Under the pieces are notes generated by a model. That model was given only the letters and a program-made list of their open reading frames with translations. It had not been told where the DNA came from and did no database searches. Positions 33,658-47,519 of a stretch of DNA of 64,000 bases are shown here, piece by piece; positions within the stretch are counted from its first letter, which is position 1; every line of letters starts with the position of its first letter. The position numbers and the translations under genes were made by a program. This DNA comes from an uncultured delta proteobacterium (GTDB lineage Bacteria > Myxococcota_A > Polyangia > Haliangiales > Haliangiaceae): positions 32,001-96,000 of the forward strand of contig CAVUQH010000003.1 in the NCBI GenBank assembly GCA_963743525.1, read 5' to 3'.

Positions 33658-34514
33658 CAGCCATCCTCGGCCGGCATCGCGCCGGTCAACGCGGCGAACT
33701 CGGCGATGGTCAGGGTCTCGCCCCGGCGGCCGCCGTCGATGTCGGCACCGGTCAGCGCCGCGTCGGTGCGGTCGTCGCCGAAGCGCGCCCGCAGCGCGTT
33801 GCGCAGGGTCTTTCGCCGCACCGCGAAGGCCGCGTGAACGACGTCGGAGTACCGGCCGTGATCATCGATCGGCGACCGCGACTCGCCGCCCTGGATCGGC
33901 ACCATCTTCAACACCGCCGACTCGACCTTGGGCGGCGGCACGAAACAGCCGCGACTGGCACGCACCACCAGCGAGGCGTCGAAGTAGGTCTGCAGCATCA
34001 CACCGAGGGCGCCGTAGGTCTTGCTCCCCGGGGGCGCCAGGATCCGGTCGGCCATCTCGCGCTGCAGCATCACCACCGCGCGGCTCACCGACGCGCGCGC
34101 GGCGTGGATGCGAAACAAGATCTGCGACGCGATGTTGTACGGCAGGTTGCCGCACACGGCGATAGGCTCTCCGCGCCAGCGGGCGACCGCGCCGAGGTCG
34201 TAGGTCAGCGCGTTGGCTTCGGTGACGTCGACGTTGTCGAGATGACCGAGCTCGGCTTGCAGCACGCGCACCATGTCGCGGTCGCGCTCGACCGCGATCA
34301 CCTTGCCCTCGGGGACGCGCTCGGCCAGGCGCATGGTCAACGTGCCGAGGCCGGCGCCGATCTCGACCACCCAGTCGGCGTCGGTGGCGACGGTCGCGTC
34401 GACGATCCCGCGGTAGACTCGCTCGGAGACGAGGAAGTTCTGGCCCCACGACTTCTTGGCCGCCAGTCCGTGGCGTTCGAGCAGAACGCGCGCGTCGGGG
34501 AACGGCTCGCCCAT
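33657..34514 (-). CDS. rsmA: 16S rRNA dimethyladenosine transferase
   Basis: KKSWGQNFL, EIGAGLG, GNLPYNI, F.PPPKVES, RRKTLRNAL. Confidence 0.96.
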   Translation of the reverse strand: MGEPFPDARVLLERHGLAAKKSWGQNFLVSERVYRGIVDATVATDADWVVEIGAGLGTLTMRLAERVPEGKVIAVERDRDMVRVLQAELGHLDNVDVTEANALTYDLGAVARWRGEPIAVCGNLPYNIASQILFRIHAARASVSRAVVMLQREMADRILAPPGSKTYGALGVMLQTYFDASLVVRASRGCFVPPPKVESAVLKMVPIQGGESRSPIDDHGRYSDVVHAAFAVRRKTLRNALRARFGDDRTDAALTGADIDGGRRGETLTIAEFAALTGAMPAEDG

Positions 34515-35530
34515 CAGGATGAGGCGCCGGGCAGCGGCAGGCGGGCGACGGCGTTCATCTCCAGCCCCGAACGCTGGCCCCGGCGCAGGCGGTAATAGCC
34601 GGCAGCGGCGATCATCGCCGCGTTGTCGGTGCAGCGCTTGATGGGCGGCACGTGTACGCGGAAGCCATCTTCCTCGCCGGCCGCGCGCATGGTCGCGCGC
34701 AGTCCCGAGTTGGCGGCGACGCCACCGCACATCTGCAGGTCGCCGAGCTGCTCGCGGCGCACCGCCTTGCGCGTCTTGCGCACCAGCTGCTCGACCACCG
34801 CGGCCTGGAAGCTGGCGCAGAGGTCGGCCATCGCCTGGCCCTCGGGCACGCCGTTGGCGCGCACGTGGTTGAGCATCGCGGTCTTGAGCCCGCTGTACGA
34901 CATGTCGTAACCGGTGTCGCCCGCGAGCATCGCCCGCGGCAGCTCGACGGCGGTCGGGTCGCCGGTCTTGGCCAGGCGATCGATGGCCACGCCGCCCGGA
35001 TAGCCCAGGCCGAGCAACTTGGCGACCTTGTCGAACGCCTCGCCGGCGGCGTCGTCGCGCGTCGCGCCCAGCTCGCGGAAGGCGCCGAAATCCTCGACGC
35101 GAATGATCGACGAATGCCCGCCCGAGACGACCAGCGCCAGGTGCGGCATCGGCGGCGGGTCGGGCTCGAGGTAGATGGCGGTCATGTGCCCTTCGAGATG
35201 GTTGACGCCGATGAGCGGCAGGCCGCGGGCATAGGCGATCGCCTTGGCGGTCTGAATCGCCACCAGCAGCGCCCCCGACAGCCCCGGGCCCTGCGTCACG
35301 GCCACCCCATCGATGGCGTCGAGGGTCAGCCCGGCATCGTCGAGCGCCTTGCGCAACACCGGCACCACGTTGACGACGTGGGCGCGCGAGGCGATCTCGG
35401 GGACCACGCCGCCGAACGGCGCGTGCACTTCGACCTGCGAGGCGACCGCCTCCGACACGACGCGAACGCCGTCCTCGACCACCGCGGCGGCGGTCTCGTC
35501 GCAGGAGCTCTCGAAACCCAGAACCAGCAT
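34514..35530 (-). CDS. tsaD: tRNA threonylcarbamoyltransferase
   Basis: ESSCDET, GGVVPE.ASR.H, NHLEGH, VSGGH, DDAAGEAFDK, TDNAAMI. Confidence 0.97.
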   Translation of the reverse strand: MLVLGFESSCDETAAAVVEDGVRVVSEAVASQVEVHAPFGGVVPEIASRAHVVNVVPVLRKALDDAGLTLDAIDGVAVTQGPGLSGALLVAIQTAKAIAYARGLPLIGVNHLEGHMTAIYLEPDPPPMPHLALVVSGGHSSIIRVEDFGAFRELGATRDDAAGEAFDKVAKLLGLGYPGGVAIDRLAKTGDPTAVELPRAMLAGDTGYDMSYSGLKTAMLNHVRANGVPEGQAMADLCASFQAAVVEQLVRKTRKAVRREQLGDLQMCGGVAANSGLRATMRAAGEEDGFRVHVPPIKRCTDNAAMIAAAGYYRLRRGQRSGLEMNAVARLPLPGASS

Positions 35531-35575
35531 GCGGGCCTATTGATGGCAGGGGCCGGGGCCGCTTTCAAGCACCGG

Positions 35576-37961
<2,386 letters not shown>

Positions 37962-38083
37962 TCAGTCCGTTCCCCCGGGTGATGCTCTGGCCACGACGCG
38001 GTGCCAGCTCCGCGCGGTTGGCCGTATAATCGCGGAAATCTTAGCCTATACGCAGATTCGCCGCCAACCCACGCCCGCCCGAG

Positions 38084-39259
38084 ATGCCGTCTGACCCTGA
38101 GATTTACCTGCCCTACGGGGGCCGCCCGCTGCGCGTGCAGCTGCCCGGCGGGGCAATCGTGGCCGATTTGCCGACACCGGCGACGCCGCCGGGTGAGCTC
38201 GACGTGATGCTTCGCCGGGCCCTCGACGCACCGATCGACTCGTCCCGGCTCGAAGATCTGGCCCGCGGCATCCGGCAGGTGCTGATAATCGTTAGCGACG
38301 CGACGCGGGACGACCCCCGGAGGGAGCTCCTCACCGCGGTCCGCGAGCGCCTTCCGCCTGGCGTCGGCCTGACCATCGCCATCGCCAACGGCACCCATGC
38401 CCCGGCCGGGCCCACGGCGCTGGGACTCGAACCGGGTCTCCTGGCCGGCGCTCGCATCGTCGATCACGACTCGCGCGACCCGTCGGCGCTGGTGCGCGTC
38501 GGCGTGACCGGGGCAGGCACGCCGGTCATCGTCAATCGCTGCGTCATGGACGCGCAGCTGGTCGTCGCCACTGGACGGATCAAGCCCCACTATTTCGCCG
38601 GCTACGGCGCCGGCGCCAAGGCGCTGTTTCCCGGCCTGGGCGAGAACGACGCCATCCGCACCAATCACGAGATGAAGAGGCTACCGGGCGCGGCGCCGGG
38701 AACCGTGGACGGCAATCCGTGCCGTGCCGACCTCGAGGAGGCGGCGCGGTTGGTGCCGCGACCACAGTTCCTGCTCAACGCGGTGTTGGATGCCGACGGG
38801 GGTGCGAGGGACGCCGTCGCCGGTAACGTCGAGTCGGCCTTCCGCGCGGGCGCAGCGGCGGCGGCGCCGCTGTTCACCGTGTGCGCGCCTCGCTCGCGCT
38901 GCGTGGTCGTTTCCGATCACCTGCCGTTGACGGGAAGTCTGTATCAAGCCTCGAAGTTGGTGGCCGCGGCGGCGCCGCTGGTAGAGGATGGAGGGACGGT
39001 GGTGGTGGCGGCACAATGTCCGGAGGGCACCGGACCGCTTCGGGTCGTGAACGAGGCGATCTACGAGCTCGGCATTCGCCCTCGCCTGCCCGCGCGGCAT
39101 CGCGTCGTGTTGGTCTCCGACCTGAGCGACGAAGCCGTCGCCGCGACCTACTGTGAAGCGGCGGGATCAGTCGAAGAGGCGCTGCTTGGGTGTGGGGAAA
39201 AGCCTGTCATCCTTCCACGAGCTGGCGTGGCTCTCGTGCGCGTGGAGACGGCTTCGTGA
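38084..39259 (+). CDS. LarA (lactate racemase) family nickel-pincer isomerase
   Basis: SDATR, ANGTH, PHYFAGYGAGAK.LFPG, IRTNH, GNP.R, LYQASK. Confidence 0.85.
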   Translation: MPSDPEIYLPYGGRPLRVQLPGGAIVADLPTPATPPGELDVMLRRALDAPIDSSRLEDLARGIRQVLIIVSDATRDDPRRELLTAVRERLPPGVGLTIAIANGTHAPAGPTALGLEPGLLAGARIVDHDSRDPSALVRVGVTGAGTPVIVNRCVMDAQLVVATGRIKPHYFAGYGAGAKALFPGLGENDAIRTNHEMKRLPGAAPGTVDGNPCRADLEEAARLVPRPQFLLNAVLDADGGARDAVAGNVESAFRAGAAAAAPLFTVCAPRSRCVVVSDHLPLTGSLYQASKLVAAAAPLVEDGGTVVVAAQCPEGTGPLRVVNEAIYELGIRPRLPARHRVVLVSDLSDEAVAATYCEAAGSVEEALLGCGEKPVILPRAGVALVRVETAS

Positions 39260-39870
39260 GCGAGAGCCTTCGCGACCTACTCGAGCGCGGCGCCGAACAA
39301 CTGGGCGTCGGCATCCCCGATGAGGTCGCGCTCCGCGTCTTGAAGTTTCTGATCTTACTCGAGAAATGGAACGCGCGGATCAACTTGACGGGCACTCGGA
39401 ACGACCGCGAAATCGTCGAACGGCACCTGCTCGACTCGATGGCGCTACTTCCGCACGTTCCCGCCGACGCGCGGCGGCTGGTCAACGTTGGCAGCGGTGC
39501 CGGCCTCCCGGGCGCGGTGCTCGCGATGTTTCGACCCGAGCTGACCGTGACGGCGCTGGAGCCGATCCGGAAGAAGCACGCATTCCTCGCCGCCCTCCGA
39601 CGCGAGCTTCCGTTGGCCAATTTCGATCCCCACCCACAGCGGGTCGAGGCCTACCGAGGGTCGGCGGCGTTCGACCCATTCGACGTGGCGGTCTCGCGCG
39701 CGACCTGGCCGGTCGGCGAATGGCTCCACGTTGGCGCCACGCTGGTCCGGCCGGGCGGCGTGGTGCTGGGGATGGAGGGGGCCGACGCCACCGACCTTCC
39801 GGTGGACGTCACCCGGCATCCCTACCAGCTGGCCGACCGCACGCGCGCCATCATCTGCTGGCCGCGCTGA
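39256..39870 (+). CDS. rsmG: 16S rRNA m7G527 methyltransferase
   Basis: KWNARINLT, RHLLDS, VGSGAGLPG, FDVAVSRA. Confidence 0.92.
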   Translation: MSESLRDLLERGAEQLGVGIPDEVALRVLKFLILLEKWNARINLTGTRNDREIVERHLLDSMALLPHVPADARRLVNVGSGAGLPGAVLAMFRPELTVTALEPIRKKHAFLAALRRELPLANFDPHPQRVEAYRGSAAFDPFDVAVSRATWPVGEWLHVGATLVRPGGVVLGMEGADATDLPVDVTRHPYQLADRTRAIICWPR

Positions 39871-40128
39871 CCGCGACCGGTTGGCCAGCTGGGGATGGGG
39901 GGCCGACGCCACCGACCTTCCGGTGGACGTCATCCGGCATCCCTACCGGCTGGCCGACCGCACGCGCGCCATCATCTGCTGGCCGCGCTGACCGCGACCG
40001 GTTGGCCAGCTGGGGATGGGGGGCCGACGCCACCGACCTTCCGGTGGACGTCATCCGGCATCCCTACCAGCTGGCCGACCGCACGCGCGCCATCATCTGC
40101 TGGCCGTCGCTGACCGCGACCGGTTGGC
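39765..40128 (+). repeat. 121-bp tandem repeat, 3 copies, derived from the rsmG 3' end
   Basis: gccgacgccaccgacc... starts at 39781, 39902 and 40023; copies are near-identical. Confidence 0.95.
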
Positions 40129-40129
40129 T

Positions 40130-40849
40130 CTAGCGGGCTGTGGATTGTTCCACGTGGAACAAGCGAGTCAGGTCGAGGGCCTCGGCGGCCCGCCCGAGGG
40201 CCTCCAGGTCGGTCCCATCTTCCAGTCTGGGAAGGCGTCCGAGGATGGGAACTCCCGGTCCGACGAGCCGTCGAATCTGCTCCGCGTTCTGCTGCGCGGC
40301 CGCTTCGCTGCTGCTATCGCAGGCGGATAGGACGATGCCAGCCACCGTCAGACCTCGGGTCCGGGCGACTTCCACGGTCAACGCCGTGTGGTTGATGGTC
40401 CCGAGGGCGTCCCTCGCGACCACCAACAGGGGCAGCCCGAGGTGCGCCGCGAGGTCGGCCATCGTCATCGCCTCCGTCAGCGGGACGAGCAATCCGCCGG
40501 CCCCTTCGACCAGGAACAGGTCGGCGGCCCGGGCTCGTTCCACGGCCCGTTCGATGGCGGCGAGGTCGATCGTCACCCCCTCCGCCGTGGCCGCCACGCC
40601 CGGCGCCACCGGCGTCCGCAGGCGGAACGGGCAGACATCGGCCGGGTCCTGCCAGCCCCCTGCGGCCGCCCGGAGCAGCGTCGCATCTGCAGGGACCAGC
40701 CTGTGCTTCTCATCCTCCGCACAGCCGGACTCGGCCGGCTTGAGGGCGGCGACCCGGAGCCCGCGCTGCCGCGCGGCGACCAGGATGGCCGCGGCCACGG
40801 TTGTCTTGCCGACGCCCGTATCGGTTCCGGTGACGAAGTAGCCGCTCAC
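40130..40849 (-). CDS. bioD: dethiobiotin synthase
   Basis: [31 protein letters not shown]. Confidence 0.96.
   Translation of the reverse strand: MSGYFVTGTDTGVGKTTVAAAILVAARQRGLRVAALKPAESGCAEDEKHRLVPADATLLRAAAGGWQDPADVCPFRLRTPVAPGVAATAEGVTIDLAAIERAVERARAADLFLVEGAGGLLVPLTEAMTMADLAAHLGLPLLVVARDALGTINHTALTVEVARTRGLTVAGIVLSACDSSSEAAAQQNAEQIRRLVGPGVPILGRLPRLEDGTDLEALGRAAEALDLTRLFHVEQSTAR
40146..40161. other. parS: parS site (inside the bioD 3' end)
   Basis: Perfect palindrome TGTTCCACGTGGAACA near the origin. Confidence 0.85.
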
Positions 40850-42183
40850 CCGAGGACGTCCACGATCGCCTTGCCGGTGGCGTCCACGAGCTGCGCCATC
40901 TCCGCCTCGCTGATGCAGAGTGGCGGCATCAGCACCACCACGTCGCCCAGCGGCCGCAAGATGACGCCGTGCCGGCGGACCGCCTCACAGACCCGGGCGC
41001 CCGTGAACGAGCTCGGCTCCAACGCCTCCCCGGCCGGGCTGCCCAGCTCGATCCCGCACATCAGGCCCCGCTGGCGAATCTCCCGGATCCACGGCAGGCG
41101 GTCCTTCAGCCGCGCCAGCCCTGCCCGCAGCTGCGCCGACCGCGCCCGGACGTTTTCCAGGGTTCCGTCGGTGTCGAAGAGCTCCAGGCACGCGATCGCG
41201 GCCGCACAGGCGAGCGGATTGCCCGTGTACGTGTGCCCGTGGAAGAACGTCTTCATGGCCGCCCTCGGGCCTAGAAATGCCCGATAGACCTCGTCGGTGG
41301 CCAGGGTCGCCGCCAGCGGGAGGTAGCCCCCGGTGAGGCCCTTGGCCACGCACAGGAAGTCCGGCTCGACCCCTTCCTGCTCGCAGGCGAACATCGTCCC
41401 GGTGCGGCCGAAGCCGGTCGCCACTTCGTCGGCGATGAGCAACACCTCGTGCTTCCGGCAGAGCTCGGCGACGCCCCGGAGGTAGCCGTCGGGCTGCGCG
41501 AGCATGCCCGCTGCCCCCTGCATGAGCGGCTCGAGGATGAGGGCGGCTACCGATTCCGCTTCCTCCACGAGCAGCTGTTCGAGGGCAGCCAGCGCCCGCT
41601 CGCGGCGCTCGTCGGGCGTCGCGCCATGCTGGGGAGAGGGAGCCCGAAGGTGCAGCGCTCCACCCTCGGGCAGTAGCGGCCCGAACACCTCGTGGAAGAC
41701 CGAGATTCCCCCGACCGCGACCGCCCCCAGCGTGTCGCCGTGGTAGGCCTGATCCAGGTAGATGAAGCGCCTCTTGGACGCGCGGCCACGCAGCTGCCAG
41801 TACTGAAACGCCTGTTTCAGCGCGATCTCGACCGCCGTGGAGCCGGAATCCGAGTAGAAGACCTTCGACAGCCGGCCTGGAGCCAGCGCCACCAGGCGTT
41901 CGGCCAGCTGCACCGACGGCGGGCTGGCCAGGCCCAACAGGGTGGTATGGGCCACCTTCTTCAGCTGCGCCTCGATGGCGGCGTTGATCTCCGGCCGGCA
42001 ATGGCCGTGGACGTTGACCCAGAGGGAGGCCACGCCATCGAGGTACTCCCGCCCGTTGGTGTCGATGAGGTAGGAGCCACTGGCCCGTTCGATCACGAGC
42101 GGATCGTCGTCGTTCCACTCCTGCATCTGGGTGAACGGGTGCCAGACGAAGCGCTTGTCGCGCTCGGAGATGTCGCTTGCCAT
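40846..42183 (-). CDS. bioA: DAPA aminotransferase
   Basis: [55 protein letters not shown]. Confidence 0.97.
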   Translation of the reverse strand: MASDISERDKRFVWHPFTQMQEWNDDDPLVIERASGSYLIDTNGREYLDGVASLWVNVHGHCRPEINAAIEAQLKKVAHTTLLGLASPPSVQLAERLVALAPGRLSKVFYSDSGSTAVEIALKQAFQYWQLRGRASKRRFIYLDQAYHGDTLGAVAVGGISVFHEVFGPLLPEGGALHLRAPSPQHGATPDERRERALAALEQLLVEEAESVAALILEPLMQGAAGMLAQPDGYLRGVAELCRKHEVLLIADEVATGFGRTGTMFACEQEGVEPDFLCVAKGLTGGYLPLAATLATDEVYRAFLGPRAAMKTFFHGHTYTGNPLACAAAIACLELFDTDGTLENVRARSAQLRAGLARLKDRLPWIREIRQRGLMCGIELGSPAGEALEPSSFTGARVCEAVRRHGVILRPLGDVVVLMPPLCISEAEMAQLVDATGKAIVDVLG

Positions 42184-43377
42184 CAGGATGCCTCGGGAAG
42201 GAGCCCAGCGGCCGCGAGCTCGGCCAGGCCGTCAAGAAGCCGGTGGATGTCGTCGGGCGTATGGGTCGCCATCAGGGCCACCCGGAGCCGAGATGTTCCA
42301 CGTGGAACAGTGGGAGGACGGATGCCCTGCGCATAGATACCGCGCTCGAGCAACGCCGCCGAACACTCCATCGCGCGACCTTCCTCGCCCACCAGAATCG
42401 GGAAGATCGGGCTCGAACCAGCACCTCGCAGCAAGCCACCCCCGCCGGGATAGACCACGGCAAAGATCGTCGATCCGGCCCCGGAGACGCCGCCGCAAGT
42501 CGTCCCCCTGGGCGCCGCGCGCCAGTGCCACCGCCGTGCGGCTCGCCGCCGCAACCCCGGGCGGGAGCGCGGTCGTGAAGACGAAGCTGCGCGCCCGGTT
42601 GAGCAGAAACTCGCGGAGCGCCGCCGGGCCGGCGACATAGGCGCCAAAGCTGCCGAACGCCTTCCCCAGCGTGCCGACCAGGACATCCGGCACGACACCC
42701 AGCTCCGCAGCGATGCCCCGACCCGACGGCCCCAGCGCACCGACGGCGTGGGCCTCGTCCAGCATCAGCAGTGCGCCCGCCCGGTCGCAAGCTGCCCGCA
42801 AGCCGGCCACGTCCGCTCGGTTTCCGTCCATGGAGAAGACCGAGTCCGACACGACGACCTTCCGCCGCGCGGTCGACGCGGCCAATGCGGCGTCGAGCGC
42901 CGGCAGGTCGCCGTGGGGCACGACCGTGACCTTGGCCCGCGACAGCCGGCAGCCGTCGATGATGCTCGCGTGGTTGAGTTGGTCCGAGAAAATCTCATCG
43001 TCCGGGCCGGCGATGGCTTGCAACGTGCCGACGTTCGCCTGGTAGCCGGAGTTGAAGAGCAGCGCCGCCTCGACCTCGTGCAGCGCCGCCAGCTCCTGCT
43101 CGAGCAGCTCGTGCTCGACCATGTTGCCGACGATCAAGCGCGACGCGCCCGCACCGGCACCCGACTCGCGGACTGCCGCGGAGCTCGCCAGCACGACCTC
43201 CCGATGACCCGCTAACCCAAGGTAATTGTTAGAGGAGAAGTTCAGAACGCGGGCGCCATCGAGGACGATCTCACGCGACTGAATGCCGCTCACTCGACGC
43301 AACTGCCGCCGCAACCCGGCATCAGCCAGGGCGTCGAGCTCGGCACGCCACGGCGCGGAACGATCGGGGCCGGACAC
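42183..43377 (-). CDS. bioF: 8-amino-7-oxononanoate synthase; +1 frameshift near 42420-42445
   Basis: [38 protein letters not shown]-terminus (SPIFP...IRPPTVP.GT.RLR) is in another frame. Confidence 0.93.
42294..42309. other. parS: parS site (inside bioF)
   Basis: Second exact TGTTCCACGTGGAACA palindrome. Confidence 0.8.
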
Positions 43378-43448
43378 GGCGCGGGAGACTAGATCGATCC
43401 GCGCGCCAATACCAGGTTCACATCGGACGCCGCCCGCCGGCCCCGCTG

Positions 43449-44756
43449 CTACTTGCCGATACAGAATCGAGCGAACAGCGCATCCAGAAGCTCCTCGCCG
43501 ACGCGCTCACCCGTCAGCTCGGCCAGCGCTTCGCACGCCGCCCGCGCCTCCAGCGCGCGAACTTCCGTCGGCGACGGCTCGCCCGCCGCGGCGAACGCGT
43601 CTGCCGCTCGGACGAGGAGCTCGTGTTGCCGCGCGGTCGTGACCACGGCGCCCTCGTCTGCGTCGGCGACCGAGCCGAGCACGCGCGCGAGCACCGCCGC
43701 CCGCAGCGCGTCGATACCCTGGCCGGTCAACGCCGACGTCGCCAGCATCCCGTCGACGCCATCCGGATCCAGGTCGGCCTTGCTCACCACGTGCAGCTCG
43801 CGCGGCTCGGCCGAATCCGGAGTGCGCGCTCCCGGCGCCGGATGAACGACGATGACCACGTCGGATTCTCCTGCGCGGCGCCGGCCGCGCTCCATTCCCG
43901 CGCGCTCGGCTTCGCTGCTCGCCGACTCCCGCGTGCCCGCCGTATCGACCAGCGTCACCGGGATCCCGTCCCAGACCACGCGCGCCTCGACGACGTCGCG
44001 GGTCGTTCCCGGCTCGGCGGTGACGATGGCGCGATCTTCTCCGGCCAGCGCGTTGAGCAGGCTCGACTTGCCCGCGTTGACCGGGCCGACGAGCGCTGCC
44101 TCCACACCACCGCGCAGCGCCTTGCCCAGGCGAAAGGTCGACGCCAGCGTTCGCGCCGCGGCGGCCAGCTCCCGCGCCTGCTCGCGACCGCCGCCGGTGA
44201 TTGCGTTGACGTCGTCCTCGGGAAAATCGATGGCCGCCTCGAGCAGCGCCAGCAGCTCGGTGCCGCCGGCGCGCAGCTCGGCGACACGCGCCCCCAGGCC
44301 ACCGGCCAGCTGCGCCTGGGCAATCCGCCAGGCCCGCTCACTCCCGGCCTCGATGACCGACAGCAGTGCCTCGGCGCGGTCCAACGGCAGCCGCTCGTTC
44401 TCGAAGGCGCGCCGACTGAACTCGCCGGGCTCGGCGGCGCGAGCGCCGGCGCCCAGCACCGCGGCCAACAACCGCGCCAGGTTGATGGCGCCGCCGTGGC
44501 CGTGGATCTCGGCCACATCCTCGCCGGTGAACGAGCGCGGCCCACGCATCGCCACCACCAGAACCTCGTTAACCCGCTCACCATCGGCGTCGCGAACCAC
44601 GCCGTGTGTCAACCGCCGGTCTTGCAGCTGCTCCGGACTGCGTCCGACCAGGCGCGCCGCGATGGCGACCGCGTCTGCTCCACTCAGGCGGATGACACCA
44701 ATACCCCCCGCTCCCGCGGGAGTGGCGATCGCCGCAATCGTCTCGTTGCCGCTCAT
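43449..44756 (-). CDS. mnmE: tRNA modification GTPase
   Basis: [37 protein letters not shown]. Confidence 0.97.
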   Translation of the reverse strand: MSGNETIAAIATPAGAGGIGVIRLSGADAVAIAARLVGRSPEQLQDRRLTHGVVRDADGERVNEVLVVAMRGPRSFTGEDVAEIHGHGGAINLARLLAAVLGAGARAAEPGEFSRRAFENERLPLDRAEALLSVIEAGSERAWRIAQAQLAGGLGARVAELRAGGTELLALLEAAIDFPEDDVNAITGGGREQARELAAAARTLASTFRLGKALRGGVEAALVGPVNAGKSSLLNALAGEDRAIVTAEPGTTRDVVEARVVWDGIPVTLVDTAGTRESASSEAERAGMERGRRRAGESDVVIVVHPAPGARTPDSAEPRELHVVSKADLDPDGVDGMLATSALTGQGIDALRAAVLARVLGSVADADEGAVVTTARQHELLVRAADAFAAAGEPSPTEVRALEARAACEALAELTGERVGEELLDALFARFCIGK

Positions 44757-44795
44757 CGGGCGACGCTCACCGTCGCCGCTCGCCGGCGGCGCGCC

Positions 44796-45302
44796 TCACT
44801 CGGCGCGCGCGCGCTCCGGAGCGTCGGCTTCCGGAATCACCACGACGTGGCGGTCGTCGCCCTCGCCGTCGCTGCGCGTGCTCAGCCCACCGATCTCGGC
44901 GATCGTCATGTGGATGATCCGCCGGTCGTGGGCCGACATCGGGTTGAGCTTGACCTCGGTGCCGGTCTCGCGCGCCTTGTCGCCCATCCGCTGCGCCAGC
45001 GACTGCAGCCGCTCCACGTGCTTGGCGCGATAGCCGCCGGCATCGACGATGATCGGCTTCGACCTCTCGGTGCGCGACTTCGCCACCACCTTGCCCACCA
45101 GGTGCTGGAGCGCGTCCACCACCTGGCCGCGGCGGCCGATGATCCGCTCGACATCGTCACATTGGACGTCGAGCACCACCTTGTCGTCCTCTTCGGAGAC
45201 GGCGATCTCGGCTTCGATGTCCATGCGCTCGAGCATTCCCGACAGGAACTCGCGCGCGATCTCGATGACGTCCTTCTCGCTCTTCTCTTCGGTCGCAGTC
45301 AC
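44796..45302 (-). CDS. jag: Jag/KhpB KH + R3H RNA-binding protein
   Basis: IIGRRG...[22 protein letters not shown]; lies between yidC and mnmE. Confidence 0.92.
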   Translation of the reverse strand: MTATEEKSEKDVIEIAREFLSGMLERMDIEAEIAVSEEDDKVVLDVQCDDVERIIGRRGQVVDALQHLVGKVVAKSRTERSKPIIVDAGGYRAKHVERLQSLAQRMGDKARETGTEVKLNPMSAHDRRIIHMTIAEIGGLSTRSDGEGDDRHVVVIPEADAPERARAE

Positions 45303-45339
45303 GTTCGACCCTCCGTAAACAGCAGGGCGCGGTCAGCGC

Positions 45340-47271
45340 CTACCGCTTCTTCTTCTTGCCTTTGCCCGACCCGCTCTTCTTGCGCGTGCCGGACTTGGAC
45401 GACTTTCCGCCGTCTGACTTACCGGCGCCGCCCATCGGCTCGCCGCCAAAACCTTTGTCTTCGTCCGCGTCATCCTTGGACGCTGCCGCCTTGCGCCCGG
45501 AGGTCGCAGCCGCCGCCGCAACCTTGGCGCCGGGGCCATCGTGCTCGCCGCGGCGCAGCCACAGGTGGTGCAGGGCGGTGAGGAACGTGTTGGTGAAGAT
45601 GTACAGCGTCAGGCCGGCGGGGAAGAAGAAGCCGAACACGCCGAACACCATCGGCAGGCCGTACTGCATCATCTTCTGCTGCATCGAGTCCGCGGTGGAC
45701 GGCGTCAGCTTGGCCTGCACGAACATCATGCCCATGAGCAGCACGGGCAGCACGTAGTAGTGATCCGGAGCGGTCAGGTCGTTGATCCAGCCGGGGATGA
45801 ACGGCGCCTGGAACAGCTCGGCGGCCACGCGCAGCGTCTGGTACAGCGCGATCCAGATCGGCATCTGCAGGACCATCGGCAGGCAGCCCGACAGCGGGTT
45901 GACACCATGGGCCTTGTACAGACCCATGATCTCTACCTGTGCCTTTTGCCGGTCGTCCTTGTACTTCTTCTGGATCTCCTCGACCTTGGGCTTCAGCTTC
46001 GACATCTCGCGCATCGACCGCATGGACTTGTTGGTCCAGTACAGCGTCGCGAGCTTGACGAAGACCGTCAGCAGGATGATGGCGATGCCCCAGTTGATGA
46101 CCACGCTGTGGAACGTGCGCAGCAGCCACAGCAGCGGGCGGGCGATGAAGCCGAACCAGCCCAGGTTGACCGAGTCCTCGAACCCGGTGTCCCAGCCGGC
46201 GACCTTGTTGATGTCGTCGAGCTTGCCCAGATATTTGGGACCGATGAAGACCGCCAGGTGGCGGGCGTAGAACTGCCCCTGCTCGAGCACCTTCGGCGGC
46301 CCGAGCGTGACCTTGACCTGCATCGTGCCCTTGGGCGCGCCCTCGACCGACGAGGCCACACACGTGGACTGCGAGTCGATGTCTTCCTTGATGGCGAAGC
46401 CGTTGAGGAAGTAGGCGTGGACCGTGCCGGCCCAGCGAACCCGACCCTCGTACTTCTGCGCGCCCTTGTCGCGCAGGTAGCTGGCACTGTTGGTGTGCAG
46501 CTTGCTGCCCATGAAGCAGGCCGTGCGCCACGAGCGATCGACGCGGGACAACCGGCCGTTGCCCTTGAAGCCGGGATCCTGGAAGCCGAACGACGAGATC
46601 GTGAGCTGCTGCTTGGACTGCCCCGGTGACAGCTTCTTGACCTCGATGGTCAGCATCACCAGGTACTCGTCCGGGTCGATCACGTAGCGCTTGCGCACCT
46701 GGAGGTCCTTGGACCGCCACACGAAATCGACGCCGGTGGGGGTCTTCTTCTCGACCTCCCAGTCGGTCTCCTTGGGAATGACGTGACTGGTGACGCCGGC
46801 GACCGGCTCGAAACCGATCACCAGCGGGTACAAGTCACCGTGGGCCTCGCCGAAGGCGCCGGTCGGGACCAGGTTGATCTGGCCGCCGTGCTCGTGATCC
46901 TCGAACCGCTCGCCCTCCAGCGTCCACGACTCGAGCGCAGCACCGTGCGAGGTGAAGACGGCGTGGAAGGTGGGAAAGTCGAACTCGACCTTCTGCGCCG
47001 GACCACGCGGAGCCTCGGGCGCCGGCTCGGCGGCCGCCTCGCCGGGCGTCTGTCCCGGCGCGTTCTCGGTCGGCGCCGTGGGCTCCTCGGCCTTGTCGGG
47101 AGTCGGTGCCGGACCGCCCTTGTCAGGCGTGGCCTGCTCGGCGGTCTCGTCCTTCTTCGCGGTCTCCTCCTTCTTGTCCCCCTTCTTGGGCGGAAAGATG
47201 AGCGACCACGCCATCATGATGCCAAAGGCAATCGCGACCGCGAGGAGCAGCCGCTTACCCTGGTCTTCCAT
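45340..47271 (-). CDS. yidC: membrane protein insertase
   Basis: [35 protein letters not shown]. Confidence 0.97.
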   Translation of the reverse strand: MEDQGKRLLLAVAIAFGIMMAWSLIFPPKKGDKKEETAKKDETAEQATPDKGGPAPTPDKAEEPTAPTENAPGQTPGEAAAEPAPEAPRGPAQKVEFDFPTFHAVFTSHGAALESWTLEGERFEDHEHGGQINLVPTGAFGEAHGDLYPLVIGFEPVAGVTSHVIPKETDWEVEKKTPTGVDFVWRSKDLQVRKRYVIDPDEYLVMLTIEVKKLSPGQSKQQLTISSFGFQDPGFKGNGRLSRVDRSWRTACFMGSKLHTNSASYLRDKGAQKYEGRVRWAGTVHAYFLNGFAIKEDIDSQSTCVASSVEGAPKGTMQVKVTLGPPKVLEQGQFYARHLAVFIGPKYLGKLDDINKVAGWDTGFEDSVNLGWFGFIARPLLWLLRTFHSVVINWGIAIILLTVFVKLATLYWTNKSMRSMREMSKLKPKVEEIQKKYKDDRQKAQVEIMGLYKAHGVNPLSGCLPMVLQMPIWIALYQTLRVAAELFQAPFIPGWINDLTAPDHYYVLPVLLMGMMFVQAKLTPSTADSMQQKMMQYGLPMVFGVFGFFFPAGLTLYIFTNTFLTALHHLWLRRGEHDGPGAKVAAAAATSGRKAAASKDDADEDKGFGGEPMGGAGKSDGGKSSKSGTRKKSGSGKGKKKKR

Positions 47272-47519
47272 CAGCTACTCCTCGACTTCTCGACCGGGTC
47301 GTAGCCACCCTTGCAGAACGGGTGACATCGAAGCAGGCGCCACAGCGCCATGAGTGATCCGCGGAACACGCCGCGCCGCTCGACCGCCTCGATGGCGTAG
47401 CACGAGCAGGTCGGCACGAACCGACAGGTAGGCATTGGCTTCAGCGGCGAGACGACGCGCTGATAGAGGCGAATCGGCGCGATGACGACGCGGCGCGCGA
47501 GCTTCTTCAGTGCGCCCAC
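47271..47519 (-). CDS. yidD: membrane protein insertion efficiency factor
   Basis: [23 protein letters not shown]. Confidence 0.95.
   Translation of the reverse strand: MGALKKLARRVVIAPIRLYQRVVSPLKPMPTCRFVPTCSCYAIEAVERRGVFRGSLMALWRLLRCHPFCKGGYDPVEKSRSS

Noticed and set aside
39478..39512. RsmG motif I reads VNVGSG rather than VDVGSG
   Set aside because: A single-base difference in an error-prone sequence; the rest of the protein is intact
39765..40128. 121-bp repeats as a CRISPR array or a DGR template/variable pair
   Set aside because: No unique spacers, no cas or reverse transcriptase gene, and too few differences to show adenine-specific mutagenesis
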